A stretch of 64,000 nt of DNA from Deltaproteobacteria bacterium (GTDB lineage: Bacteria > Myxococcota_A > UBA9160 > SMWR01), in NCBI GenBank assembly GCA_032128115.1, contig JAQBHB010000069.1, forward strand, positions 11,801 through 75,800, read 5' to 3'. Below, piece after piece: positions 38,169-47,626 of the stretch. Positions within the stretch are counted from its first letter, which is position 1. Each line of letters begins with the position of its first letter. The notes beneath the pieces were generated by a model. It did not search any database. It was given only the letters and a program-made list of their open reading frames with translations, and was not told the DNA's origin. The position numbers and the translations under genes are program-made.

Positions 38169-38447
38169 TGAATCACCTCCGTTTCGGCGTAGGGAACACC
38201 CAGCGAGGCCCAGACCCCGCCTCCGGTCCCGGTTATGGGGTGGTCGCCGAAACCTCCCCTCCGGGCCGCCCCACGCACACGACCGAACGCTCCGGCACGC
38301 GGCGCGGGACTCGGGGACGAGTGAGGTCCCCTGTCCCGACCTTATCGGAAGGCCGTCCAACCCACCACAGCCGGGTCGCGGGCGTGCAGCAGCTGCCGAA
38401 CCTGCGCTCTACACTCGCGGCCGCATGGATGCCGCCCCAGACCTCCA

Positions 38448-39416
38448 ATGACCCACCTCCGCGTCATCGGGCTCCTGATCGCCATGACCGTGGCGATCGC
38501 GAGCTGGGGGCTCACCTGCAGCGCCTGGCGCTACGACCGCGTGATGGCGGGCATTCTTCCCCTTTCACCCCGGAGCTTCGGGCGTCTGACCGTGATCACG
38601 CTGGGTACCGGCGGAGCCCGGGAGAATCCGGATCGCCGCGGGCCCAGCCTGGCCGTGGGCTTCGGTTCCCGGGTCGTGCTCGTGGATGCCGGGAGGGCGG
38701 TGGCCGAGTCACTGCGGGCCGCGAAGATCCCCGTGTCCCAGGCGGGGCCCGTCCTCCTCAGCAACCTGCTGCCCGAGAACACCGTGGGTCTCGACGACCT
38801 GCTGTTGACGGGCTGGCTCGATGGTCGCAGCGAGCCCCTGCAGCTGGTGGGGCCCGTGGGTACCCGGGCCCTGGCGAACGCACTCGTGGCGGGTCACCAG
38901 CGGGCGATCGCGGCTGCAACCGCGGCGCGCGGCCTGGCGCCCGCAGGCGCGAGCTTCCAGGTGGAAGAGATCGACGAGGGCTGGTCGCGGTCGTGGGACG
39001 GCGTCACCGCCACCGCCGGCGCCCTGCCCGGCGGTCCCGTGGAAGCCTTTGCCTGGCGCCTGACCCACGCAGACCGATCCGTGGTGGTGGGAGGCAGTGG
39101 TTGGGCCGACGGCGCGTTGGCCGCGTTCGCCCACGGCGCCGACGTGCTGGTGCACGAGGCGGTCTTCATCCCGACCCCCGAGGTGGCCGCTGCACTGGAG
39201 CTTCAGGTGGCGCCCGAAACCCTGCGGCGCGATGCCGCCCTGCACACGGGGCTCGATCGGGTGGGCGCCCTGGCGCGCGAGGCATCGGTCTCGACGCTGG
39301 TGCTGGTTCGCCTGTTCCCGCCGCCGGTCTTCGACCTGCAGATCACCAGCGTGGTGGACGACGAATTCGACGGCAGGATCGTGATCGCCGACGACGGCGA
39401 CGAGATCACACCGTAA
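38448..39416 (+). CDS. RNase Z/AtsA-like MBL-fold protein with N-terminal TM and degenerate metal site
   Basis: ITLGTGG, LVDAG, SNLLPENTVG in place of THLHSDH, GADVLVHEA, HT, LVLVRL in place of LVLTH, ADDG. Confidence 0.85.
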   Translation: MTHLRVIGLLIAMTVAIASWGLTCSAWRYDRVMAGILPLSPRSFGRLTVITLGTGGARENPDRRGPSLAVGFGSRVVLVDAGRAVAESLRAAKIPVSQAGPVLLSNLLPENTVGLDDLLLTGWLDGRSEPLQLVGPVGTRALANALVAGHQRAIAAATAARGLAPAGASFQVEEIDEGWSRSWDGVTATAGALPGGPVEAFAWRLTHADRSVVVGGSGWADGALAAFAHGADVLVHEAVFIPTPEVAAALELQVAPETLRRDAALHTGLDRVGALAREASVSTLVLVRLFPPPVFDLQITSVVDDEFDGRIVIADDGDEITP

Positions 39417-40794
39417 CGCCGGGCTCTTGTTGCGGTTCGGCCGCGGGCGCGGGGGGCGGCAGGGCCCACGGCAGCGGATCCGCGGGTCGGTCGTCCTCGT
39501 CCCGCTCCCCGCTGAATCGCCGCCGCTGCTCGACGTAGTAGGAGACGCCCGGGGCCTGGGCGATGGCTTCGTCGATGGTGGCGATCGCCTGGTCGTTCCA
39601 TCCCAGCTGGTACTGAACCTCCGCCAGGGTATCCAGGATTCCGGGAATCGATCGCTCGGTCTCGACCACCGCCCGCTCCGCCAGCTGCAGGGCCGCCTCG
39701 AACTCCTCGCGCGTGGAATTCGGCGAGATGGCGATCATCCAGGCCTGGTCGTTGAGTTCCCCGGGCGATATGCCCGGAAGCCGCACCAGTCGCTCCGCGT
39801 AGCGCGCTACGTAACTCCCCCTGCCCCCGAACTCGGCCGTCGCTGCGCCCAGCGACAGCAGAACCCAGGCCACCACGGCCAGCGTGGCGGCGCGCAGCCA
39901 CACGGGATCGCGACCCGTGGGCAGGCTGCGACCCGCGAACGCGCCGGTGACCAGGAACCCCGCGATGAATCCCCCCACGTGGGCAGCGCCCGCGATGAAA
40001 GGGACGAGCGTCATGATCCCGGCGTTCACCAGCAGCAGGACGACGAAGGCGCGGCGCGGAATCCGAAGCCAGACGGGCAGCTGCTCGGCACAGCGAAGCT
40101 CGAGCCACATGGCGGCCCCCGCCAGCCCGAAGACCACCCCCGACACACCCACCACCCGGCCGTAGCCGGCGATGGCGCTGGCGCCCATGGCGGCCACCGC
40201 CGAGATCGCCATCACGACCGTCGTGCGCCGGCTGCCCAGGGGGCGCTCCACCAGTGTCCCCAGGGCCACCAGCGCAACCAGGTTGAGCCCCAGGTGGATG
40301 GGAAAGGATGGAAGACCGTGCAGGAGCGTGGCCGTGACGATCCGCCACAGGTCTCCGTCCTGCACCAGGATCGGGATGAACGAACCCACTGTCTCCAGAG
40401 GAGCACCCAGGGCAAGCTGCAGGGGAAGCATCAGCAGGCAGGCCGCCGCCAGGGTCCAGGTGGCAACGGGGCGCGACGCGCCCAGGGCGCGCGCGCCCAG
40501 CTCGGCCATGCGGACCAGCCGCTCCTCGCCGTCGGGGAGGTTGCTCACCCGGAGCAACAGGGCGCGCACCAGCTCGTCGGGGCCGTGGGGATCGACGAAA
40601 ACGCGCCGCGACAGGGGATAGACGGAGCCTCGGGCCCCGATGAAGACGGTGCGCGGCGACGCCAACACCTGGGTGATCTCCGAGTAGGGGGTGTAGGTGT
40701 GGCCCCGCCCGTTGGGCGAGAGGGGATGTTCGACCCCCTCGGCGCCGAGCACGATGGCATTCGGATACCCGTGCAGGTGGAATCGATCGGTCAT
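39406..40794 (-). CDS. Rhomboid intramembrane serine protease with N-terminal soluble domain and C-terminal TPR
   Basis: WRIVTATLLH, HLGLN, GVSG (Ser), AHVGG (His); ILDTLAEVQYQLG TPR. Confidence 0.92.
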   Translation of the reverse strand: MTDRFHLHGYPNAIVLGAEGVEHPLSPNGRGHTYTPYSEITQVLASPRTVFIGARGSVYPLSRRVFVDPHGPDELVRALLLRVSNLPDGEERLVRMAELGARALGASRPVATWTLAAACLLMLPLQLALGAPLETVGSFIPILVQDGDLWRIVTATLLHGLPSFPIHLGLNLVALVALGTLVERPLGSRRTTVVMAISAVAAMGASAIAGYGRVVGVSGVVFGLAGAAMWLELRCAEQLPVWLRIPRRAFVVLLLVNAGIMTLVPFIAGAAHVGGFIAGFLVTGAFAGRSLPTGRDPVWLRAATLAVVAWVLLSLGAATAEFGGRGSYVARYAERLVRLPGISPGELNDQAWMIAISPNSTREEFEAALQLAERAVVETERSIPGILDTLAEVQYQLGWNDQAIATIDEAIAQAPGVSYYVEQRRRFSGERDEDDRPADPLPWALPPPAPAAEPQQEPGVTV

Positions 40795-40862
40795 GACACG
40801 AGGCTAGCAACCAGGCTGGCAAGGGGGAGCGACAACGGCCTCCCGGACGTCGGACCCTCGGG

Positions 40863-42137
40863 TCAGGAGCGCTTCGGCAGCGGCAGGGTCGGGAAGATGC
40901 GGCTGAAGACCAGGTAGACCAGGACGAAGGCACCGAAGAAGCCGGCCGCGATTCCCAGCTGGATCGGTCCCAGCCAGGACATTCCATCGTCGGGCATCAG
41001 CGACGGCCAGACCAGCGCGTTGCGCTCGAACCAGAAGCCCGCCAGCACGAACGCCGCCACCGTGCCCAGGATGGCCGGGGTCTGCTTGGGCTTCTGCCCC
41101 AGCAGCACCCAGAAGGGCACGATCCAACAGCCCACCCAGGCCGTGAGCGAGAGCCGGACGTACGGCTCTTCCAGGCGCGACAGGACGAAGTGCCAGGTGT
41201 CCTGGAAGAACTGGCTGCCCAGGCGGGCCTCCAGGAACTGGGTCTCCTCGGGAAGATTGCCGTACCAGATCACGATGTACTGGCTGAAGAAGAGGTACAT
41301 CCAGAAGATCGAGAACGCGAAGATCATCTTGCCCAGGTCGTGCATCCGCGCCGGCGTGATCTCGCCGCCCCAGCCCGCGGAGCGCCGCAGCAGCACGCAG
41401 ATCAGGGCGGTGGACGCGATGGCCGACAGAAAGCCGCCCCACGCGAAGTACCAACCGAAGATGTTCGAGTACCAGGTGGGCGTAAGCGACATCACCTGGT
41501 CGTAGCCGATCACCGTGTACCCGAAGGCGTAGGCCAGGCAGATGATGGGGGCGAGCACCCGGAGCTTCCGGTCCGACTCGGCTCGCTCCTGGTCGTCGCC
41601 CCGCCAGTTAGCCGTCCAGCGGGCGAACATGCCCTGGGCCGCCGGTGCGCGCTCGCTGGCGCCGTGTAGCGCCGGCCGGAACGACAGGCGCAGGAATCGC
41701 AGGGTCAAGAGCGCCATCACCAACAGGATCGCCAGGTCCGTGATCATCACCCGCGGCATGTTCAGCCACGGCTCCTTGCCGGGGGGCGCTCCGTGGATCC
41801 AGGCGGCGTAGATGTACTCCTGCCCGAAGAATCCGATGCAGCCGAGCACGAAGGTGATCGGGACCCAGGCCGCCAGCCCCTCGGCCACGTGGCGAACCGG
41901 GCCGGCCCAGCGGGCCCCCACGATCACCAGCGCACAGGCCAGCACCATGCCACCCTGGGCGAGGGTGCCAAAGTAGAGGTAGTTCACATGGAAGGCGATC
42001 CACGCGGTGGCCGGGTCATCGCTTGCCAGGCCCATCAGGAAGGAGAAGACCCCCACCACGATCAGGACCCCGCAGACCGCCACCACCTGGCGCGGCAGCT
42101 CGCGAGGATTCGCCGTCTCGACCCCGACGATGCTCAC
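40863..42137 (-). CDS. actF: Alternative complex III membrane subunit ActF
   Basis: About 10 TMs; DQVMSLTPTWYSNIFG, HDLGKMIFAFSIFWMYLFFSQYIVIWYGNLPEE. Confidence 0.85.
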   Translation of the reverse strand: MSIVGVETANPRELPRQVVAVCGVLIVVGVFSFLMGLASDDPATAWIAFHVNYLYFGTLAQGGMVLACALVIVGARWAGPVRHVAEGLAAWVPITFVLGCIGFFGQEYIYAAWIHGAPPGKEPWLNMPRVMITDLAILLVMALLTLRFLRLSFRPALHGASERAPAAQGMFARWTANWRGDDQERAESDRKLRVLAPIICLAYAFGYTVIGYDQVMSLTPTWYSNIFGWYFAWGGFLSAIASTALICVLLRRSAGWGGEITPARMHDLGKMIFAFSIFWMYLFFSQYIVIWYGNLPEETQFLEARLGSQFFQDTWHFVLSRLEEPYVRLSLTAWVGCWIVPFWVLLGQKPKQTPAILGTVAAFVLAGFWFERNALVWPSLMPDDGMSWLGPIQLGIAAGFFGAFVLVYLVFSRIFPTLPLPKRS

Positions 42138-42706
42138 GGCTGGATTCCCTTCTGCTTGTTCAGGTAGCGGATGTAGTTGACGATGTCCCAGCGGTCGTCC
42201 GAGGGGATGCGCGCGTAGCCGGGCATGCGCCGGCGGCCGTAGCGGACCGTGGTGTAGACGTGACCGTCGCTCCTGGCGGTGGCCACCACCAGGGGCAGGA
42301 CGCCCTGCAGCGGGCCCTGGATCGACCCGGTGGCGCTCACCGGCCCGTCGCCCATTCCGGACGCACCGTGGCAGGCCACGCAGTAACGCTCGAACTGGAA
42401 GCGGCCGTTCTCCACCGACGCCAGATTCATGGCTCGCGGATTCACCAGGGAGTCGGACGCGGAATCCACCAGGTTCGAGACCTCCGCCTCGCCCCCGTCG
42501 ATGGGCACGCTGCCCTCGGGCGGCACGAAGCCCTCCACCTGGCCGTCGAATCCCACCCTTTCAAAGGCCTGGATCGCCGGTTGCCACTTCATCTGCGGCC
42601 ACCAGTCGTTGGACCACTGCTCCCAGCAGGCGATCGGACCACAGCAGACCAGCGCCGCCAGGAGGGCCCGCGTGCGCAGGTGGCGGCGACCGCTAGCGCT
42701 CGACAA
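42134..42706 (-). CDS. actE: Alternative complex III monoheme cytochrome c lipoprotein ActE
   Basis: Lipobox PIAC, single CVACH, distal MP, DRWDIVNYIR. Confidence 0.85.
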   Translation of the reverse strand: MSSASGRRHLRTRALLAALVCCGPIACWEQWSNDWWPQMKWQPAIQAFERVGFDGQVEGFVPPEGSVPIDGGEAEVSNLVDSASDSLVNPRAMNLASVENGRFQFERYCVACHGASGMGDGPVSATGSIQGPLQGVLPLVVATARSDGHVYTTVRYGRRRMPGYARIPSDDRWDIVNYIRYLNKQKGIQP

Positions 42707-43196
42707 GGTTCACCTCCACGGCGCCCTCGGCCCGCATCAGGCCTTCCACCTCGATCACATCGCGATCGGGACAGCGCACGGCCACGCCAAACTCCTCTGC
42801 CGAGAAGCGCGGGCTGTAGGCCGCGTCCCGGGAGAAGCTCGGGAGCCGTCCCACTACGAACAGACCCAGGGCGGTGAGCAGACCCCCGAACAGGATCGTC
42901 AGCTCGAAGGCGATGATCGTGTAGGGCGGGATCGACGAGTAGGGCTTGCCACCGATCGCGATCTGCCAGTCGTTGGCCATCCAGATCGTGAGGGCGTAAC
43001 CGGTGATCACGCCGGTCAGCCCGCCGATCAGGGTGAAGATCCGCACGCCGCTCGGCTTCTCGATCACGGCGTCGTCCACCTCGGCGAAGGGTGCCGGCGA
43101 GTAGGTTTCCAGGTCGGTGAATCCCCGACCGCGCAGCTTGCGCGCGATGCTCGCCACCTCGTCCGGCTTCTCGTAGACCCCAAGCAGCTGCGGCAT
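42693..43196 (-). CDS. actD: Alternative complex III subunit ActD (DUF3341)
   Basis: ETYSPAP, IGGKP, AFELTILFG, YSPRFS; TGATG overlap with actC. Confidence 0.87.
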   Translation of the reverse strand: MPQLLGVYEKPDEVASIARKLRGRGFTDLETYSPAPFAEVDDAVIEKPSGVRIFTLIGGLTGVITGYALTIWMANDWQIAIGGKPYSSIPPYTIIAFELTILFGGLLTALGLFVVGRLPSFSRDAAYSPRFSAEEFGVAVRCPDRDVIEVEGLMRAEGAVEVNLVER

Positions 43197-44569
43197 CAGT
43201 GCGCCCCTCCTGCGTGGGCCTTCGCGTGGATCGCCAGTTCCTTCATCTCGGCGATCGCCACCACCGGGAAGAGCTTGAGGAAGATCAGGAACAGCATGCA
43301 GAACCAGGCGAAGCTTCCCGCCACGATGCCGAGTTCGGCCCAGCTGATGGTGTAGATGCCCCAGACCGCCGGGTCGTACTCCCTGGACAGGCCCGTGATG
43401 ATGATGACGTAGCGCTCGAACCACATGCCGATGTTGACCAACACCGACAGCACGAACAGGGTGGGCACGTGGGTGCGGATCTTCTTGAACCACAGCAGCT
43501 GCGGGAACATCACGTTGCAGCTGATCATGACCCACGTGGAGATCCAGTACGGTCCGAATGCGCGCAGCCAGAAGGCGGTCTGCTCGGCCTCGACGGCGCT
43601 GTACCAGGAGATGAAGTACTCGGCGACGTACGCGTAACCCACGATCAGGGAGGTGAGCAGCAGGAACCTGGACATGTTCTCCAGGTGGTAGTTGGTGATG
43701 TAGCCCTCGAGTCCGAAGATGCGCCGCACCGGGATCATGATGGTGAGCACCATGGCGAACCCGGAAAAGATCGCGCCCGCCACGAAATAGGGGCCGAAGA
43801 TCGTCGCGTGCCAGCCGGGCACGATCGACATGGCGAAGTCCCAGGACACGACGCTGTGCACCGACAGCACCAGCGGCGTGGCCAGTCCCGACAGGTGCAG
43901 CACCGTGCGGTTGTGGGACTTCCACTGGCGCGAGGTTCCCTGCCAGCCCAGCGACAGGATCGAATACAGCACCCGGCGCCAGCCGCTGGCCCGGTCGCGG
44001 GCAATGGCGATGTCCGGGATCAGCCCGATGTACAGGAAGACGATCGAGATGGTGGCGTACGTGGAGATCGCAAACGTGTCCCACAACAGCGGGCTCTTGA
44101 AGTTCACCCACAGGCCCCGCTGGTTGGGGTACGGCAGGATGAAGTACGCCTTCCAGACGCGCCCCACGTGGATGCCCAGGAACATGCCTGCCGTGGTGAC
44201 GGCGAAGACCGTCATGGCCTCGGCGCTGCGATTGATGGCGTTTCGCCACCTGGCGCGGAACAGGTAGAGGATCGCCGAGATCAGGGTGCCGGCGTGGGCG
44301 ATGCCCACCCAGAACACGAACGTGACGATGTAGGCGCCCCAGAAGACCGGGTGGACGTAGCCGGCGATGCCGAGGCCCTCATAGATCTGGTAGATCCAGA
44401 TGACGGCGGCCATCCCCACGATACTCATGGCGATCAGCAGCAGCAGCCAGTAGCCGGGGGATGTCCCCTTCATCACGCCGAGGATGTCGACGTTGATCTT
44501 CGAATCCGGCGGCATGGGAGCCGTTCGGATCATCGCTGCTACCGATTCAGCGGGAGGCGGCGGCGTCAT
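43196..44569 (-). CDS. actC: Alternative complex III quinol-binding subunit ActC (NrfD family)
   Basis: FVFWVGIAHAGTLISAIL, RSAEAMT, NFKSPLLWD, LATPLVLSVHSVVSWDF, GMWFERY. Confidence 0.93.
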   Translation of the reverse strand: MTPPPPAESVAAMIRTAPMPPDSKINVDILGVMKGTSPGYWLLLLIAMSIVGMAAVIWIYQIYEGLGIAGYVHPVFWGAYIVTFVFWVGIAHAGTLISAILYLFRARWRNAINRSAEAMTVFAVTTAGMFLGIHVGRVWKAYFILPYPNQRGLWVNFKSPLLWDTFAISTYATISIVFLYIGLIPDIAIARDRASGWRRVLYSILSLGWQGTSRQWKSHNRTVLHLSGLATPLVLSVHSVVSWDFAMSIVPGWHATIFGPYFVAGAIFSGFAMVLTIMIPVRRIFGLEGYITNYHLENMSRFLLLTSLIVGYAYVAEYFISWYSAVEAEQTAFWLRAFGPYWISTWVMISCNVMFPQLLWFKKIRTHVPTLFVLSVLVNIGMWFERYVIIITGLSREYDPAVWGIYTISWAELGIVAGSFAWFCMLFLIFLKLFPVVAIAEMKELAIHAKAHAGGAH

Positions 44570-47500
44570 CCGTGCTCCGATCCTTCGCCATCCCGGTCCA
44601 CCTTGGCCAGGTAGGTGATCGACGGGCGCGTGTTGAGAACGTGCAGCACGTGGTAGGCGCGCTCTCCTGCCTGCACGGCTTCAATCGAAACGCGCGACTT
44701 CTCGTCGCGCAGGTTCCCAAAGGTGATGGCCTGGGTCGGACACGTCTCGGCGCAGGCCGACGTGACCTCCCCGTCGGCGATATTGCGAACCTGGTCCTTG
44801 GCCACCTGGCGAGCGCCCTGGATCCGCTGCACACAGAAGGTGCATTTCTCCATGACGCCCTGGCCCCGTACGGTGACGTCCGGGTTCAGCATCAGGTTCA
44901 TGGGCTCGGGCCAGTTGTGGATGCTGTAGTCGAACCAGTTGAAGCGGCGCACCTTGTAGGGGCAGTTGTTCGAACAGTACCGCGTGCCGATGCAGCGATT
45001 GTAGATCATCCCGTTGAGGCCCTCGGGATTGTGATAGGTGGCGATCACCGGACACACGGGCTCGCAGGGCGCCGCGCCGCACTGTTGGCACAACATGGGC
45101 AGATTGCGGACGTCGGTGCCGCCAAGCACCTCGTGATCCTCGTGGGGGGGCCGGCCTCCCTGGAGGGTGGGCTCGCCGTCGCCCAGATAGCGCTCGATCC
45201 GGAGCCACGTCATCTGGCGAGACCGCAGCGCCGCTTCCTCCCCCACCGAGGGGATGTTGTTCTCGATGGCGCACGCCACCACACAGGCGCTGCAGCCGGT
45301 GCAGCGATCCACGTCGATGGACATGCCCCAGCGGTACGCGCTGTCTTCCGCCGCGTCGGCGGCCGGATCGTAGGGGCGCAGCATCTCGTGGCCGCCGCCG
45401 TGGCTGCCGCTCTCAGCGTGCCCGTTTCCGGCGGAAACGGCCGCGCTGCCCCCCGCCGCCAGGGCCACAAGCGACACGCTCTGGGCCAGGCCGCGTCCGC
45501 GCTGGTTGTCCGTGGTCTGGGTCAGCGCCAGGCGCTCGTGGCCGCCGGTGGGGCCCACTTCCGCCTTGGCGGTGAGCCAGGCCCGCCCGCCGGTCTCGTC
45601 GGTGAGCGACGGCAGCAGCGAGATCACGTTGACGCCGCGCGCCTGCCCGTTGCGCGAGGCGTGGCGCCCCACCGTATGGCCCTGGCCGATGGCGATGGCC
45701 ACCACGTCGTCGCGGATTCCGCCGCGCGGCAACACCGGCACTTCCAGGTTTCCGTAGGTGGTCTTCACGGAGACCACGTCCCCCGCCTCGACGCCCAGGG
45801 AAGCCGCGGTGTTTCGCGACACCTCGGCCCAGGACTGCCAGGGGATCTTGGTGACCGGGTCCGGCGTCTCCTGCAGCCAGGGCAGGTTCGCGCCGCGACC
45901 ATCGTGGAGCAGCGGCGACGGGTAGGCCAGCAACACGAACGAGCCGTTGCCCTCCAGCTGCGGCTCCTTCAGCTCGAGGGTGGTCACGCTTTGCGCCACG
46001 CTCACGTCGATCGTCGGCGCATCGCCGTACACGCCACCGCGTGCCCGCGCGGCGCGGAAGTCGGTATCCGACCAGGCCGAAGCCAGCACGTCCCGGAAAC
46101 TGCCCGACGGCAACTTTCCGCCCACCGGATCACCGATGGCGCGAGCGGTCTGGAGCAGCGTGTCTCCCAGCGACTGGGTGTCGTACAGGGGGCGGATCGT
46201 GGGCTGCACCAGCGAACGCACGCCCGGCCGCGAGAGCCAGTCGCCCCACGACTCCAGGGGCGTGTGATCCGGAAGCACCAGGTCGGCTCGCGCCGTGGTC
46301 TCGTCCGGCGCGCTGGCGAACGACACCACGAAGTCCACGTTCGCGAGCGCCGCTTCGAACCCGGCGTCCGGCGGCAGCGAGTAGACCGGGTTGGCGCCGT
46401 GGATCAAAAGCACATTCACGTCGCCCGATTTCATGGCGTCGATCAGGCGCACCGCCTGGCGGTAGCTCGACGGAGCGCCCGGGTCGCTCTCGGGCCGCGG
46501 CATCCGGACCGTCTTGCCCAGGGCGCCCGAAACGGCGTTGAGCAGCAGCACGGCTCCGGTCGTTGCCACGGCCCGGCGGCCCGTGAGCGCAACTCCCGGG
46601 GGCAGCGCCGCAGGGCGCGCGCTGTGGGCCATGGCCATGCCCACGCCGTGGATGGTGGCAGCATCCACGCCCGTGGCGGCGGCTACCGCCTCCGGCGAGA
46701 AATTCTCGAGCACGCTCTGGATCAGGTCCGGGTCGCCGCCGGGGGAACGCCCCTGCGCCCGGGCGCTGTCGAACACCACCCGGGCGATGGCCAGGGCGAG
46801 GATGCCCTCGGTTCCCGGGCGCGCCGGCAGCCATTGGTCGGCACTGCCGGCGGTGGTGGTCTGGCGGGGGCCCACATAGACGAGGCGCGCGCCGCCGTCC
46901 GGGTGGTCGTGCACGTCGCGCGCCGCCGCGATCTGGCGAGCGTGCTCGATGGGAGAGATCCAGCTCTCCATGGAGTCGGCGCCGAAGTCGATCACGAAGT
47001 CCGCGTCGGTCAGGTCGAACTGCGGCCGGCTCGCCACCCCGAAGACTGCGCGCGAGGCCTCGGCCAGCGCCTCGTAGGCGAAGGGCTCGTAGGAGACGCG
47101 CCGGCCCGCGCCCACCGCGGCCACCCACTGGTCGATCAGGCGACCCAGCGTGGGGCCCGTGGCGCCGCCCAGAACCGCCGTCCGCTCCCCCGCCCCGCCG
47201 ATCTTCTCGGCCAGAAGACGGGTGGCGGCCTCCCACGTAATGGTGACCAGCGAGCCGTCTGCCTGTCGGGATCGGGGACCGTGGAAGCGATCCGGATCGA
47301 AAGTGCGTCCGATCCCCGCCTGGCCGCGCGCACACAGCGCACCCCGGTTGACCGGGTGTTCGGGATTTCCCTCGAGCTTCACCGGGCGACCCTCGCGCGT
47401 GCGAACGATCAAGCCGCAACCGGCGGGGCACTCCTGGCAGGTGGAAGCGTAGAAGACGGGAAGACCGGGCGTGATCACCTCGGGCTGCACCACATAGGGG

Positions 47501-47589
47501 ATCAGCTTCTCGATCGGCTCGCAGCCGGTCGCGGCGGCGCTGCTGACGCCGACCAGCTTGAGAAAATCGCGACGATCGAACTCGGCCAT
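44566..47589 (-). CDS. actB: Alternative complex III subunit ActB (molybdopterin-oxidoreductase-like domain fused to Fe-S domain)
   Basis: Tat signal DRRDFLK with ATGC lipobox; CQECPAGC...LC; C-terminal CTGCSACVVAC, CQQCGAAPCEPVC, CIGTRYCSNNC, CTFC...CAETC. Confidence 0.92.
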   Translation of the reverse strand: MAEFDRRDFLKLVGVSSAAATGCEPIEKLIPYVVQPEVITPGLPVFYASTCQECPAGCGLIVRTREGRPVKLEGNPEHPVNRGALCARGQAGIGRTFDPDRFHGPRSRQADGSLVTITWEAATRLLAEKIGGAGERTAVLGGATGPTLGRLIDQWVAAVGAGRRVSYEPFAYEALAEASRAVFGVASRPQFDLTDADFVIDFGADSMESWISPIEHARQIAAARDVHDHPDGGARLVYVGPRQTTTAGSADQWLPARPGTEGILALAIARVVFDSARAQGRSPGGDPDLIQSVLENFSPEAVAAATGVDAATIHGVGMAMAHSARPAALPPGVALTGRRAVATTGAVLLLNAVSGALGKTVRMPRPESDPGAPSSYRQAVRLIDAMKSGDVNVLLIHGANPVYSLPPDAGFEAALANVDFVVSFASAPDETTARADLVLPDHTPLESWGDWLSRPGVRSLVQPTIRPLYDTQSLGDTLLQTARAIGDPVGGKLPSGSFRDVLASAWSDTDFRAARARGGVYGDAPTIDVSVAQSVTTLELKEPQLEGNGSFVLLAYPSPLLHDGRGANLPWLQETPDPVTKIPWQSWAEVSRNTAASLGVEAGDVVSVKTTYGNLEVPVLPRGGIRDDVVAIAIGQGHTVGRHASRNGQARGVNVISLLPSLTDETGGRAWLTAKAEVGPTGGHERLALTQTTDNQRGRGLAQSVSLVALAAGGSAAVSAGNGHAESGSHGGGHEMLRPYDPAADAAEDSAYRWGMSIDVDRCTGCSACVVACAIENNIPSVGEEAALRSRQMTWLRIERYLGDGEPTLQGGRPPHEDHEVLGGTDVRNLPMLCQQCGAAPCEPVCPVIATYHNPEGLNGMIYNRCIGTRYCSNNCPYKVRRFNWFDYSIHNWPEPMNLMLNPDVTVRGQGVMEKCTFCVQRIQGARQVAKDQVRNIADGEVTSACAETCPTQAITFGNLRDEKSRVSIEAVQAGERAYHVLHVLNTRPSITYLAKVDRDGEGSEHG

Positions 47590-47626
47590 AAGCTTCCTTA
47601 TTCCGAAACCGCAGTCACTGCCTAGC

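Larger units (their letters stand above)
37979..38274 (-). ncRNA. Putative structured RNA of unrecognised family containing a small ORF
   Basis: Perfect helices 37979-37989/38264-38274 (11 bp), 38067-38073/38199-38205 (7 bp), 38091-38101/38180-38190 (11 bp), 38005-38015/38051-38061 (11 bp). Imperfect positions form G-U pairs on the minus strand. Confidence 0.6.

Noticed and set aside
37979..38274. Identification as RNase P RNA, tmRNA, 6S RNA or hammerhead ribozyme
   Set aside because: No GAGGAAAGTCC RNase P motif, no tRNA-Ala-like ends or ALAA-type tag, no symmetric 6S bubble or usual synteny, and no complete CTGATGA/GAAA core in correct geometry
38124..38360. 78-aa version of the small ORF from TTG 38360
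   Set aside because: No SD at that start and it runs through strong hairpins; the internal GTG at 38168 has an ideal SD
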